Of a DNA stretch of 42,539 nt, positions 1 to 9,263 are shown one piece after another. Origin of the DNA: Rubrobacter sp. (GTDB lineage: Bacteria; Actinomycetota; Rubrobacteria; Rubrobacterales; Rubrobacteraceae); the NCBI GenBank assembly GCA_035697505.1, contig DASSCV010000406.1:1-42539 (forward strand), read 5' to 3'. The translations under genes and the position numbers were made by a program. Each line of letters opens with the position of its first letter. Within the stretch, counting starts at the first letter, position 1. The notes beneath the pieces were generated by a model. The model saw only the letters and a list, made by a program, of their open reading frames with translations, made no database searches and was not told the origin of the DNA.

Positions 1-897
1 TGGAAGGCCGAAGAGGCGGGTCTCGCCGCGCGTACCGTAGAACAGGGGCTTGCCAGGCTTGAACTTGACGCCCCAGAAGACCTGCTCCACCCCAAGGTCG
101 AGCATCGTGCTCTTGACGAGGTCCTTCTCCCCTACCGAGACTCCTCCGCTCGTCACGACCACATCGGCAGTCCTAAGCGCCTCCTCTATGGCGGCTCGCA
201 GGGTGTCCGTGTCGTCTGAGGCGGCGTACAGGCGGCGGGCCTCGGCGCCGGCCTCGCGGGCAGCGGCGACGATGGCATATGAGTTGGAGTCGAAGATCTC
301 ACCCGGTTCGAGGTCCCGCGTCCCTGGCTCGACCAGCTCTGTACCCGTCGACAGGACGACCACCTTCGGTCGCCGGTAGACGGGCAGTGAACCGTAGCCC
401 TGCGTCGCCGCGAGGGCTATCTCGGGCGCCCCGATCTCGGTTCCTGCGGGCAGGATTATGTCCCCCTTGCGTGTGTCCTCGCCCGCTGCGCGGATGTTGT
501 CGCCGGGAGAGGGGACCTTCTTCAGTTCGAACTCCTCGCCCCAGCCCGAGGTGTTCTCGACCATCACCACGGCATCTGCCCCCTCAGGGATGACACCGCC
601 GGTGAAGATCTTGATGGCCTCGCTTTCTCCGATGCGCCTCTTCGCCGGGCGTCCCGCTGGCGCCTCGTCGACGACGTCGAATACACGTCCGGCCTCGGCG
701 TCCTGGCTACGGACTGCATACCCGTCCACCGCCGAGTTGTCGAAAGGCGGCGAGTCGGTGGTGGCCGTCAGATCCCCCGCAAGCGCGAGTCCCAGAGCAT
801 CCCCCAGCGGCGTCTCCTCGACGGGGAGCCTGGGCGTGCTCTCGTACACTAGCCGCTCGGCCTCGGGGTACTCGATCAGTTTTTCGAAAAGTTGCAC
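1..897 (-). CDS. moeA: Molybdopterin molybdenumtransferase (3' end runs off the window)
   Basis: Manual translation from GTG at 897 (SD GAGGTG): ...DSPPFDNSAVDGYAVR...KIFTGGVIPEGADAVVMVE...TSGGVSVGEKD...VKFKPGKPLFYG. These are MoeA motifs. Absent from the ORF track because it lacks a stop in the window. Confidence 0.93.
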   Translation of the reverse strand, partial: MQLFEKLIEYPEAERLVYESTPRLPVEETPLGDALGLALAGDLTATTDSPPFDNSAVDGYAVRSQDAEAGRVFDVVDEAPAGRPAKRRIGESEAIKIFTGGVIPEGADAVVMVENTSGWGEEFELKKVPSPGDNIRAAGEDTRKGDIILPAGTEIGAPEIALAATQGYGSLPVYRRPKVVVLSTGTELVEPGTRDLEPGEIFDSNSYAIVAAAREAGAEARRLYAASDDTDTLRAAIEEALRTADVVVTSGGVSVGEKDLVKSTMLDLGVEQVFWGVKFKPGKPLFYGTRGETRLFGLP

Positions 898-996
898 CTT
901 CGCACCTCGACTAACCTATCGTTTGCCTGCGAACACGCTACCACACAAAGGAGAGCGCGCACGGAAGCCCAACCTCGTTCAGGTTGCTTCTCCTCT

Positions 997-1800
997 CTAC
1001 TCCGGCAGCAAGCCCATCGCCCGTCCTGGGCCGCCTGAGGACCCGGCTATCTTGATCGGCATGAAGATGAAGTAGGCGCCACGCACCGGCAACTCGCCAA
1101 GGTTGGTCAGGATCTCGACATAGCGCATACCGCGGCTCAGCCCCTCCTGGTGAACAGGCACGCCGTCGTGGGCGCTTCCGATGCTGGGGGCGTCGATGCC
1201 TATGGTCTTCACGCCGCGCTCGTGCAGGTAGATGGCGGTCTCAGGAGCAGGAGCTGGCCAGCCTGGAGCTTTCCCCGTTACGAGCGAGCCGTGCATGTAT
1301 CTCTCGCCCTCCTCGCCCTCGACGTAGTAACGGTCCCAGCCGGTCAAAAAGAGCACGATCTCCCCAGCCCGGAGCGATCCATGCTCCTCCTCCCAACCGC
1401 GAACGTGGTCGGCGGCGATGAAAGGGCTGATCCCTGGTTCTCCCCCTTCCGCGAGGAACCGGACATCAACAACGACCGCAGGACCCATCAAGTCTTCGAG
1501 AGGTACTTTCTCCCCTGTTTGATCCCCGAGGGGTCCAGCGAGATCCAGGCCAGAGTCGGGGGGCGGGACGAAGTGGGTCGGGGCGTCAAAGTGGGTGCCG
1601 CAGTGCTCGTCCATAACGACGAAGTTGGTCTGGTAGGGGTCGGTGCTCCTGGTCTTGCCTGTTGGGCTATGGACCTCGGCGAACCAGTTCCAGTTATGGT
1701 GGGCGTAAGTCATGTGCCCTGGCCACGTACCCGGGAGCCGCTCAGAGACGGTCAGTGAGAGATCGACGATCCTCGCTCCCGCCAACTTCGCGAAGTCCAC
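997..1800 (-). CDS. Cyclase family (KynB-like) metal-dependent hydrolase
   Basis: EHCGTHFDAPTH motif, GIDAPS, C-terminal PIKIAGSSGGPGRA; SD AGGAGG. Confidence 0.88.
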   Translation of the reverse strand: MDFAKLAGARIVDLSLTVSERLPGTWPGHMTYAHHNWNWFAEVHSPTGKTRSTDPYQTNFVVMDEHCGTHFDAPTHFVPPPDSGLDLAGPLGDQTGEKVPLEDLMGPAVVVDVRFLAEGGEPGISPFIAADHVRGWEEEHGSLRAGEIVLFLTGWDRYYVEGEEGERYMHGSLVTGKAPGWPAPAPETAIYLHERGVKTIGIDAPSIGSAHDGVPVHQEGLSRGMRYVEILTNLGELPVRGAYFIFMPIKIAGSSGGPGRAMGLLPE

Positions 1801-1810
1801 AGCTCCTCCT

Positions 1811-3061
1811 TCAAAACCCTTCTAAATGCCCTTCGGCGTCGAAGCGCACCCTTTCAGCATCCCCGACTACCTCGGTTTCAGCGTTCCTGAGCACCTCCTC
1901 GACAAGATTCTCGGAGACGTACAGGTACTCGAGATGCAACGTGTTCGGTATGCGCACGAAGCGCGTCTCTTCGGGTGGGACGCCCCAGTTGCACCTGACG
2001 GCTGTCTGGAGCGCCTCCTCGTCGCTCGCGAGGACCATGGGCACCTTCGCCCGCTCGATAAAGGTGCTCGTGACGACGTTGGCGTTCATGGCCTTGTGTT
2101 CGATCTGGTCCGCAAGGCGCCGCGTAGTCAGGTCGGCCAGGCCGACCCCCAGGGCGTTGCCGTGCGACTCCTCGCTGATGTCACCGACGATTACGTATTT
2201 CACGGCGGGCGCCTCGGGCTCCTCGACGCCCAGGATGCGGAAGCGTCCGATCACGTTCGTGTCCATCCCGGTGCCTGAATAGTTCTTGCCCAGGGCGTCG
2301 ACGTGGAGCACATCTATGTTCGAGACAGGCAGTCCAGGCATCATGCGCATGTACACGGCGAGCAGCTCGGCCTCGCGCTCGTGGATCTCGGCCGCGGGTA
2401 TGGCCTCGATGATGGCAGGCTCGTCGAAGGCGTTCTCGACGGTCGCCACGCCGAAGAGGATGTGGCCTGACTCCAGCACCTTGTCTCCGACCTCGACCAT
2501 GAAGTCGCGGATGCCCTCGACGCCGTAGCCGTGCAGCGCTAACGCCTGCTCGTGCTTTCCGAGCCCGATAGAGGCCATCTTCATGAGGCCGCTCTCTATC
2601 TTGGAGCGGAAGTCCGTGTGGGCTTTGATCCTGTTGACGAGTACCACGCCATCGGCCTGAGAGGCGATCCTGTCCATGTAGACGGGCACCCCACGCTCCG
2701 TCTCCCCGAGCTCTACGACCTCCATCGAGGAGCGTATCGGCGCCCCACAGAACTCTTCCGTGACGCCCAGAGATTCGAGGATCTCGACCTGCCCCTCGGC
2801 CGTAGCACCTCCGTGGCTCCCCATCGAAGGCACGATAAACGGCTCCGCCCCCATCTCCTTGAGAATCGCGACGAGAGTGCGCAAAATCCCGTCAATCTCC
2901 GCGATGCCTCGGCTCCCAGCCGTGAGCGCCACGCTCATACCTGGCCTGATGGCCGAAGCTATCTCCTCTCGACCCAACTGCTCCTGCAGCGCCGCTTCGA
3001 CACTCTCGACCCGCGGCCTGGGAAACCTCTGCCTGATCTTGACAACTTTCGGGAACTCCAC
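1811..3061 (-). CDS. Lactate racemase (LarA/DUF2088)-domain protein
   Basis: GSRGI, PSMGSHGGATAEGQ, NRIKAHTDF, GKNYSGTGMDTNVIGR motifs. Confidence 0.8.
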   Translation of the reverse strand: MEFPKVVKIRQRFPRPRVESVEAALQEQLGREEIASAIRPGMSVALTAGSRGIAEIDGILRTLVAILKEMGAEPFIVPSMGSHGGATAEGQVEILESLGVTEEFCGAPIRSSMEVVELGETERGVPVYMDRIASQADGVVLVNRIKAHTDFRSKIESGLMKMASIGLGKHEQALALHGYGVEGIRDFMVEVGDKVLESGHILFGVATVENAFDEPAIIEAIPAAEIHEREAELLAVYMRMMPGLPVSNIDVLHVDALGKNYSGTGMDTNVIGRFRILGVEEPEAPAVKYVIVGDISEESHGNALGVGLADLTTRRLADQIEHKAMNANVVTSTFIERAKVPMVLASDEEALQTAVRCNWGVPPEETRFVRIPNTLHLEYLYVSENLVEEVLRNAETEVVGDAERVRFDAEGHLEGF

Positions 3062-3063
3062 CT

Positions 3064-4062
3064 CTAACTCCTCTCTTCGGCCCCGGCCAGGCTGCGGGCC
3101 AGGTCGAGGGCGGCGCGGAGGCTCGCCGGATGGGCCTTCCCCGTCCCCGCAATGTCGAAGGCCGTGCCGTGATCCACGCTTGTCCTGAAGAACGGCAGTC
3201 CTACAGTCACGTTTACTCCGGTATCGAAGCCCATAAGTTTTATTGGAATGTGCCCCTGGTCGTGGTACTGGACGACGACGATGTCGAACGCGCCCGTCCT
3301 GGCCCGCATCATCACGGTATCGGGCGGATGCGGGCCGGTCGCGTCGATGCCCTCCTCCACCGCGGCGGCCACGGCCGGCGCTATGTGCTCGGCGTCCTCG
3401 GACCCGAAGAGCCCGTTCTCCCCGGCATGGGGGTTAAGGCCAGCGACGGCCACCCGCGGGCTCTCGACACCTAGTCTCTGCAACGACTCGTGGGCGAGAC
3501 GGATGACGGCAAGCTCTCGTTCGGGCCTTGCCCGCTCTATGGCCTCCCTCAAAGAGACGTGGGTCGAGACGTGGATCACCTTCAACTCGTCTGTGACGAG
3601 CATCATCGCGAAGTCTTTCGTGTTCGTCAGTTCGGCAAGGATCTCGGTGTGACCAGGATACTTGTGGCCTGCCAGGTGCATAGCCTCCTTGTTGAGCGGC
3701 GCAGTCGCTATCGCCCCGACACGCCCCGCGCTCGCCAGCTCCGTCGCCCTCTGAACGTAGCGAAAGGCCGCATCGCCGGCCCGTGCGTCCAGCTCGCCGA
3801 AAGGTAGATCTCCAGGCAGGTCTGTCTCTGAGATCACATCTACGGAGCCAGGTTCGAACCTCGCATCCTCTGGTTCTGCGACGACGTTTGCGCGCAGCGC
3901 CAGGTCAAGCAGGCGCGCGGCCCGCTCCAGAATCCCTGCGTCGCCCACGACGATGACCCGATTGTGTTCCCGGAAATCTCCTTGGTCGAAGGTCCTGGCT
4001 ATGATCTCCGGCCCGACTCCGGCCGGATCCCCCATCGTCACGGCTATGAGGGGCGGTGTCAT
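3064..4062 (-). CDS. pdxA: PdxA/PdxA2 family dehydrogenase (4-phospho-tetronate dehydrogenase type)
   Basis: TMGDPAGVGPE, PGHTE, GLNPHAGE, YHDQGHIP, RTSVDHGTAFDIAG. The true ATG at 4062 overlaps the kinase stop (ATGA); the longer 4383 start in the ORF track is spurious. Confidence 0.92.
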   Translation of the reverse strand: MTPPLIAVTMGDPAGVGPEIIARTFDQGDFREHNRVIVVGDAGILERAARLLDLALRANVVAEPEDARFEPGSVDVISETDLPGDLPFGELDARAGDAAFRYVQRATELASAGRVGAIATAPLNKEAMHLAGHKYPGHTEILAELTNTKDFAMMLVTDELKVIHVSTHVSLREAIERARPERELAVIRLAHESLQRLGVESPRVAVAGLNPHAGENGLFGSEDAEHIAPAVAAAVEEGIDATGPHPPDTVMMRARTGAFDIVVVQYHDQGHIPIKLMGFDTGVNVTVGLPFFRTSVDHGTAFDIAGTGKAHPASLRAALDLARSLAGAEERS

Positions 4063-5252
4063 GGGTTCCTCTCCTCTCCGCTGAGCGCCTCTACTGCTCC
4101 TACCAGTGTATCCGGTCCGCCGAAGCCTCCTGCCTTGGTGACCACGGGGTATGGCCTGGGTCCGATCAGGGTGCCTATCGGGACCCCGGTCTCCACCTCT
4201 CCATCGAGCCTGATCCCAGAAGCCCCGAGCCGCCGCGCCACCCCGACCGCCGTTGCCCCCCCGGTCAAGACCAGCCCCTCGAACAACCCTCTTGCCGAGA
4301 GAAGCGCGACCACCTCGGCCAACGACCCGAGGACTGATTCGCTGGAAGTGCCTCTCTCCTCGGGCGAGTGAACGACGGCGCACTCTCGTCCCGCGAGCGC
4401 GTCCCGCACCGCAGCGACAGTCTTTTCCAGCGCGCCCGCCCCTCCTGTCTCCACGGTCACGTCTACCTCACCGTACTCCCCGACCAGCCGCCGCACTTGC
4501 TCCCGCGCGACGCCACTCAGGCTGCCGACAACCACGAGGACAGGGTGGACCCGGGCCCTTTGCAAGCCTGTGTCTCCCGCGCAAGGCCCAGGGTATACGC
4601 TCCCGAGCGCGAGCGCGAGCCCCGCAGAGCCTGCCCAGAGGACCCGGGCCGGGTCGGGCACGGCCCGTACCAGGGCCTCTAGGTCAGCATCGCGGTCCGC
4701 ATCGGCGACGACACATTCGTTCTCCTCCAGAGCCAGGCGTACGCGCTCAGGGTCTGCGAGGTCCTCGACGCTCAACGGACCCACCGACGAGAACGCCTCA
4801 GCGAGCAGGTTCGGGACGTGGGCCCCTCTAACGGGGGTATGGGGATCATTCGCCATCTCGGTCTCGTCGACGGGGACGCCATGGACGCGTTGGATTCCAC
4901 CGATGGTGGTACGCCCGGCGGCCGGAAAGGCAGGCGCGACTACAGCGAGATCGCGCCCCGCACCGCCCAATGCTGCGGCGAGCTCTGCGGCGACGTTACC
5001 TCGCAAGGTGGAGTCAAGCTTCTTGTAAACGATTCGTGCCTCACGGGCAGTGTGCGCCGCCTCGAGAACACGCTTCGCGGCGAAGCCAGCGGGCATGTTG
5101 CGGGAGTCGGTGTCGAAGGATACCGCGTCGAGATCGTCGGCGAATACTTCAGATTCACGAAAGAACACGGCGGTCCGGTAACCGGCGTGGACGAGCTGGA
5201 CGCCTGCATCCGCAGCGCCGGTCAGGTCGTCGGCGATTACACCTATCAGCAT
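4059..5252 (-). CDS. Four-carbon acid sugar kinase family (DUF1537, DtnK/DenK-like)
   Basis: IADDLTGAADAG, YKKLDSTLRGN, LTGGAT, TKAGGFG; adjacent to pdxA2. Confidence 0.9.
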   Translation of the reverse strand: MLIGVIADDLTGAADAGVQLVHAGYRTAVFFRESEVFADDLDAVSFDTDSRNMPAGFAAKRVLEAAHTAREARIVYKKLDSTLRGNVAAELAAALGGAGRDLAVVAPAFPAAGRTTIGGIQRVHGVPVDETEMANDPHTPVRGAHVPNLLAEAFSSVGPLSVEDLADPERVRLALEENECVVADADRDADLEALVRAVPDPARVLWAGSAGLALALGSVYPGPCAGDTGLQRARVHPVLVVVGSLSGVAREQVRRLVGEYGEVDVTVETGGAGALEKTVAAVRDALAGRECAVVHSPEERGTSSESVLGSLAEVVALLSARGLFEGLVLTGGATAVGVARRLGASGIRLDGEVETGVPIGTLIGPRPYPVVTKAGGFGGPDTLVGAVEALSGEERNP

Positions 5253-5302
5253 GTCAGCACGCTCTGGCTAACACCTCCGCTTGTCAGCATATCAGCTTGT
5301 CA
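5242..5302. promoter_or_regulatory. Tandem 8-bp repeats (TGAYAWGC on minus strand), candidate operator
   Basis: Plus strand GCTTGTCA GCATATCA GCTTGTCA at 5279-5302, plus CCTATCA GCATGTCA at 5242-5256 over the kinase start codon. Confidence 0.45.
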
Positions 5303-5399
5303 TGTCTCGTGGTCGGGGACACCTCGCAATGATGAGGTCCTCCTCTGGGATTCTCTCGAGCGCATGAGCCTCCCACCATACTTCACACGGCTGACTGGC

Positions 5400-6176
5400 T
5401 CATCGCGCCAGATATCCTCCGTCCACAGGCAGAATCGCCCCCGTGACGAAGGAGGCTTCGTCCGAGGCGAGGAAGAGGATGGCGTTAGCCACCTCGGCCG
5501 GTTCGCCGAGCCTCCCTACCGGGTGTGCCTCCCTCATCGGGGCTACGTACTCCTCGGGCAGTTCGACGACGGCCTCGGTCGCTATGGTGCCCGGCGCCAC
5601 GGCATTGATGCGGATGCCCCTTGCGGCCCACTCAACCGCGAGGTGCTTGGTGATCCCTGACGCGACGAACTTGGCTGGCCCGTAGGTGGATTGCTGTGCC
5701 TGCCCGGCGAGACCCGAGATCGAAGACAGGCAGACTATGGAACCCCCCGGCTCCGCCTGGCCCAGCATGGCCTCGACGGCGAACTTGCAGGTGAGGAACA
5801 TCCCCCGTCCGTCCACGGCCATCACGCGGTCCCAGTCCTCTGGCGTCGCCTCCACGATGGTATTCAGCGGGATGATTCCGGCGTTGGCCACGAGCACGTC
5901 TATGCGCCCGAAGCCCTCGACGGCCGTACTTATCATGCGTCGCGCGTCCTCCACGACCGAGACGTCCCCAACGACAGCCTCGACCTCAGCACCGGATCCG
6001 GCCAGCAGCTCCCGCAGCCGCGAGAGACCGGCTTCGTCCACGTCGGTGACGACGAGACGCGCTTCCTCTCTGGCGAACACCTCGGCGGTTGCCTTTCCTA
6101 TACCCTTCGCGGCACCAGTGACTACGGCCACCTTTCCATGTAGCCTGCCGAGACCCCGTGCTGTTGCCTCCGTCAC
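5400..6176 (-). CDS. Short-chain dehydrogenase/reductase
   Basis: TGAAKGIG, ANAG, YGPAK, NAVAPG; probable GTG start at 6176 with SD GGAGGAGG. Confidence 0.9.
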   Translation of the reverse strand: MTEATARGLGRLHGKVAVVTGAAKGIGKATAEVFAREEARLVVTDVDEAGLSRLRELLAGSGAEVEAVVGDVSVVEDARRMISTAVEGFGRIDVLVANAGIIPLNTIVEATPEDWDRVMAVDGRGMFLTCKFAVEAMLGQAEPGGSIVCLSSISGLAGQAQQSTYGPAKFVASGITKHLAVEWAARGIRINAVAPGTIATEAVVELPEEYVAPMREAHPVGRLGEPAEVANAILFLASDEASFVTGAILPVDGGYLAR

Positions 6177-6333
6177 GCTACCTCCTCCGTCATGCCCGCT
6201 GCGGATAGGACGTTCACTGGCGTATTTGGCACTAACTGTCCTTTCGTCCACAACCTATCACCGTGATGCTTGGCCCGTCAAACTCGCGTGTAACGCGCAG
6301 ATAAAAAGGGTAAAGACACCCTGGTGATGCTGA

Positions 6334-6362
6334 TTGACACGATGTAACGGGTTCAATAACAT
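6334..6362 (+). promoter_or_regulatory. Sigma70-type promoter of the transporter gene
   Basis: TTGACA-N17-TAACAT, 36 nt upstream of ATG 6399 and its SD AAGGAGG. Confidence 0.7.
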
Positions 6363-6398
6363 GCCACACAAGGTTAGGGAGACAAGGAGGGTATAGGC

Positions 6399-7870
6399 AT
6401 GACCGAGACCGTGAGCAGCAAGGCGTCGGCTGATGGATGGAACGAGCCGACCAAGAACCTGCCTCCGCTAGAGGTCAGGGAGCTGCCGGAGCCCGTGCCG
6501 CTGGCCAAACTCATAGGGGCGAGCGTGATCCTGCTGGCCACGGCGCTCGGATCCGGCGAGTTGCTGATCTGGCCCTACATCACCACGCAGGCGGGGTAGG
6601 GCTGCTGTGGCTGGCGACCCTTGGTTTCCTGTCGCAGTATTTCCTCAACATGGAGATCGAACGCTACACCCTGGCGACCGGCGAGACCGCCGTGACAGGT
6701 TTCAGCCGTTTCTGGAAACCCTGGGGGATCGTATTTGTCCTTGGCGCGATCTTGCCGAACGCGTTCCCAGGCTGGGCAGCGAGCGCAGCCACATCGCTGA
6801 CCTACCTCACCGGCTGGAGTGAGAGCACGGTTCCCTGGATCGTCACGATACTGCTCGTCTCAATCGGCCTAGCTATAACCGTCTCCCCTGTCGTCTACAA
6901 CACCATCGAGAGGGTCGAGATGGTGCTCGTCGTCATCATCATTGCCTTTCTGCTGCTGGCGATATTCATAGCCACCGATCTGTCAGCCTGGACGGGGATC
7001 GTCACTGAGGCACCAGAGGGCATCGCCAACTTCCCCAGGTACGTAAACGAGATCGGGATCGCGACCATCCTGGGAGCGATAGCCTTCGCCGGCGCAGGCG
7101 GCGCCAACAACCTCTGCCAGAGCAACTACATCAGGGACAAGGGCATGGGCATGGGAGTCCATATCCCCCGCATCGTCTCCCCGATCACCGGGGAAGAGGA
7201 GGCCAGGCCGGCCACCGGATACTCGTTCGAGGTGAACGAGGAGAACTTGCGCCGCTGGGACGGCTGGTGGAAGGTCGCCAACAGGGAGCAGCTCCTGACC
7301 TTCGTCATTATAGGGTTGCTGACGCTCATCGGCCTCTCCGTGCTAGTCGCCTCGGTCCTTGGCGAAGGAACCTACGGAGATCCAGGGAGCATCGACTTCA
7401 TAAAGGAAGAGGCGATAGTGCTCGGCGAGCAGATAGGGCTCTGGTTCGAGTACTTCTTCTACATAGCCGCCTTCGCGATCCTGTTCTCGACCAACATCGG
7501 CATCGTTGACTACGTCTCCAGGCTCACCGCCGACTCCCTCAAGACCGGCTACCTGGCCAGGAGTGAGTTCTGGAGCGAGAGCAAGCTCTACTTCGTGGCC
7601 GCGTGGATCATCTGCATCGGGGGTTCCATAATCATCTGGACCGGCATCGAGCCGCTCTGGCTGCTGGTCATCGCATCCTCGGGCGGCGGGGTCGTGATGT
7701 TCCTCTACTCGGGGATGCTCATCTGGCTCAACCGCCGCATCCTGCCCGAACCCATCAAGATCAAAGGCGCCCGCCTGATAGTGGTCGCCATAACGTTCGC
7801 TGTCTTCGCGGTGCTCTCGACGTACCTGGTCTACTGGTACGTCAACGCCGCCCTGACGGGACAGCTGTAG
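6399..7870 (+). pseudogene. Nramp-like (APC superfamily) membrane transporter, split by a 1-nt frameshift (or a sequencing error)
   Basis: Frame 1 has the LGSGELLIWP motif and stops at 6599. Frame 2 continues VGLLWLA...NMEIERYTLATGET with multiple TM helices. One extra G in the G4 run at 6593-6596 restores QAGVGLLW. Confidence 0.8.
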
Positions 7871-7911
7871 CGGGACCAGCGAGGATCAGCGGGTGAGAAG
7901 GCGCAGCCGGA

Positions 7912-8004
7912 GTGTTCAAGCGGCTCAGGATAACCATCCTGCTGGCTATGGTGATCTTCTGCGTCCTGATCACGATCAGCTATCTGCTGGGGTTGCTCCC
8001 GTAG
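7912..8004 (+). CDS. Putative 30-aa single-TM small protein
   Basis: GTG..TAG, MFKRLRITILLAMVIFCVLITISYLLGLLP: basic N-terminus plus hydrophobic helix, directly behind the transporter. Confidence 0.5.
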   Translation: MFKRLRITILLAMVIFCVLITISYLLGLLP

Positions 8005-8090
8005 AGACGGGAGCAACCCCAGCAACTTGATGTTTGTGCCAATTTGTGCTAAAGACCAGGTAGGGAAAGCCGTCAAGGAGGAGCGAAGAG

Positions 8091-8549
8091 ATGAGCATAT
8101 TTCCGACGAAGATCCTGCTGGCCACCGACGGCTCCAAGGAGGCTCGTCTGGCCCTCACCACCGCCGCGGATGTGGCCCAAAGCACCAACTCGGAGTTGCA
8201 CGTAGCTTACGTGTTCCCCACCGCCGTACAGAGACCATTCCCCAACCCTATTACGGCGCGTCCGCGTGACGTTCTCGAACACGAGCTTGAGGAAGCCATG
8301 CAGCAGGCCCAGCAGTTCCTCGACCAGCAGGTAGATAGGGTCAAGCAAGAGGGGGTAAGCGTGGCTGAGGCCCACCTGGTGAGGGGACGCCCTGACAGGG
8401 AGGTAGTCCATCTGAGTGAGGAGATCGGTGCAGGTTTGATCATCATGGGAAGCAGGGGTCTTGGTGGTGTGAGGCGTGCGCTGATGGGGAGCGTCTCAGA
8501 CTCTGTTGTAAGGCATGCCCACTGTCCCGTTCTTATAGTGCGCGAGTAA
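8091..8549 (+). CDS. Universal stress protein
   Basis: ILLATDGS, IMGSRGLGG, LMGSVSDSVVRHAHCPVLIVR; SD AAGGAGG. Confidence 0.93.
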   Translation: MSIFPTKILLATDGSKEARLALTTAADVAQSTNSELHVAYVFPTAVQRPFPNPITARPRDVLEHELEEAMQQAQQFLDQQVDRVKQEGVSVAEAHLVRGRPDREVVHLSEEIGAGLIIMGSRGLGGVRRALMGSVSDSVVRHAHCPVLIVRE

Positions 8550-8558
8550 GAGAATATT

Positions 8559-8578
8559 GAGCGGGCTACTGCCCGCTC
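8559..8578. terminator. Hairpin between convergent usp and lutC
   Basis: GAGCGGGC-TACT-GCCCGCTC, perfect 8-bp stem. Confidence 0.5.
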
Positions 8579-8592
8579 CGGGCTTTGCCTTA

Positions 8593-9261
8593 CTAACCTA
8601 CCAGGACCACGTGTACATCGCCGGGTCCGTGCATACCGACTACGAGCGACATCTCGATGTCTCCCGAACGGCTCGGCCCGGTGTGGAAACACACGTTCGC
8701 CGGCAGAGTGCCGCCAGCATACTGCCGAATGGCCTCTGGGACCGTCTGCAATACCCGATCCGCCGGAAGTATGGCTACGTAAGTGGGCGGCAGGAGCGTC
8801 ACGCTGCGTCCTCGCCCCGGACCGTGTTCCAACACCAGGCTGCCCGTCTCGGCGATGGCCCACGTAGCGGTCGAGAGTCCGATGTCCGCACGCCCGGCTA
8901 TCTGCCTGAGGTCTGGAACGTCGTGCCAGAGAGCGACCTCGACGCCAGCATCGCGCAGAGGCTCGTCTGCGCCGAGCTCGTCGAGGTACTCAACGTCCCA
9001 GCGAACGAGTAGCTCCGCTTCCCGCTCCCGCGCCAGATCCAGAACGTACTCACGCGCCTCTTCCAGGTTCTCGGTTCGTTTGCCGTGCCCGCCCAGCGCC
9101 TCCAGCTCCTCGATAAACCTGGCTTGGGGGTCTTCGATCTCCTCTCGTTCCGGACGGTCTATGCCCGGCGTCCACACCGAGTCGGGCGACTTCGTGGGTT
9201 TGTAACGTCCTCTGCGGGTGCGGTGCCGGATGGACTCCAGAAACTCCGTCCGGTCGGCCAT
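8593..9261 (-). CDS. lutC: Lactate utilization protein C (LUD domain)
   Basis: AIAETGSLV, GRSVTLLP, TGPSRSGDIEMSLVVGMHGP; likely ATG at 9261. Confidence 0.88.
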   Translation of the reverse strand: MADRTEFLESIRHRTRRGRYKPTKSPDSVWTPGIDRPEREEIEDPQARFIEELEALGGHGKRTENLEEAREYVLDLAREREAELLVRWDVEYLDELGADEPLRDAGVEVALWHDVPDLRQIAGRADIGLSTATWAIAETGSLVLEHGPGRGRSVTLLPPTYVAILPADRVLQTVPEAIRQYAGGTLPANVCFHTGPSRSGDIEMSLVVGMHGPGDVHVVLVG

Positions 9262-9263
9262 CG

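Noticed and set aside
50-1075. Plus-strand ORFs over moeA, and similar long antisense ORFs elsewhere (e.g. 23751-24980, 25935-27392, 20980-21933)
   Set aside because: Shadow frames of well-supported opposite-strand genes in high-GC DNA; no recognisable motifs
4063-4383. 107-aa N-terminal extension of PdxA in the ORF track
   Set aside because: Overlaps the kinase in another frame; ATG 4062 has an SD and an ATGA coupling
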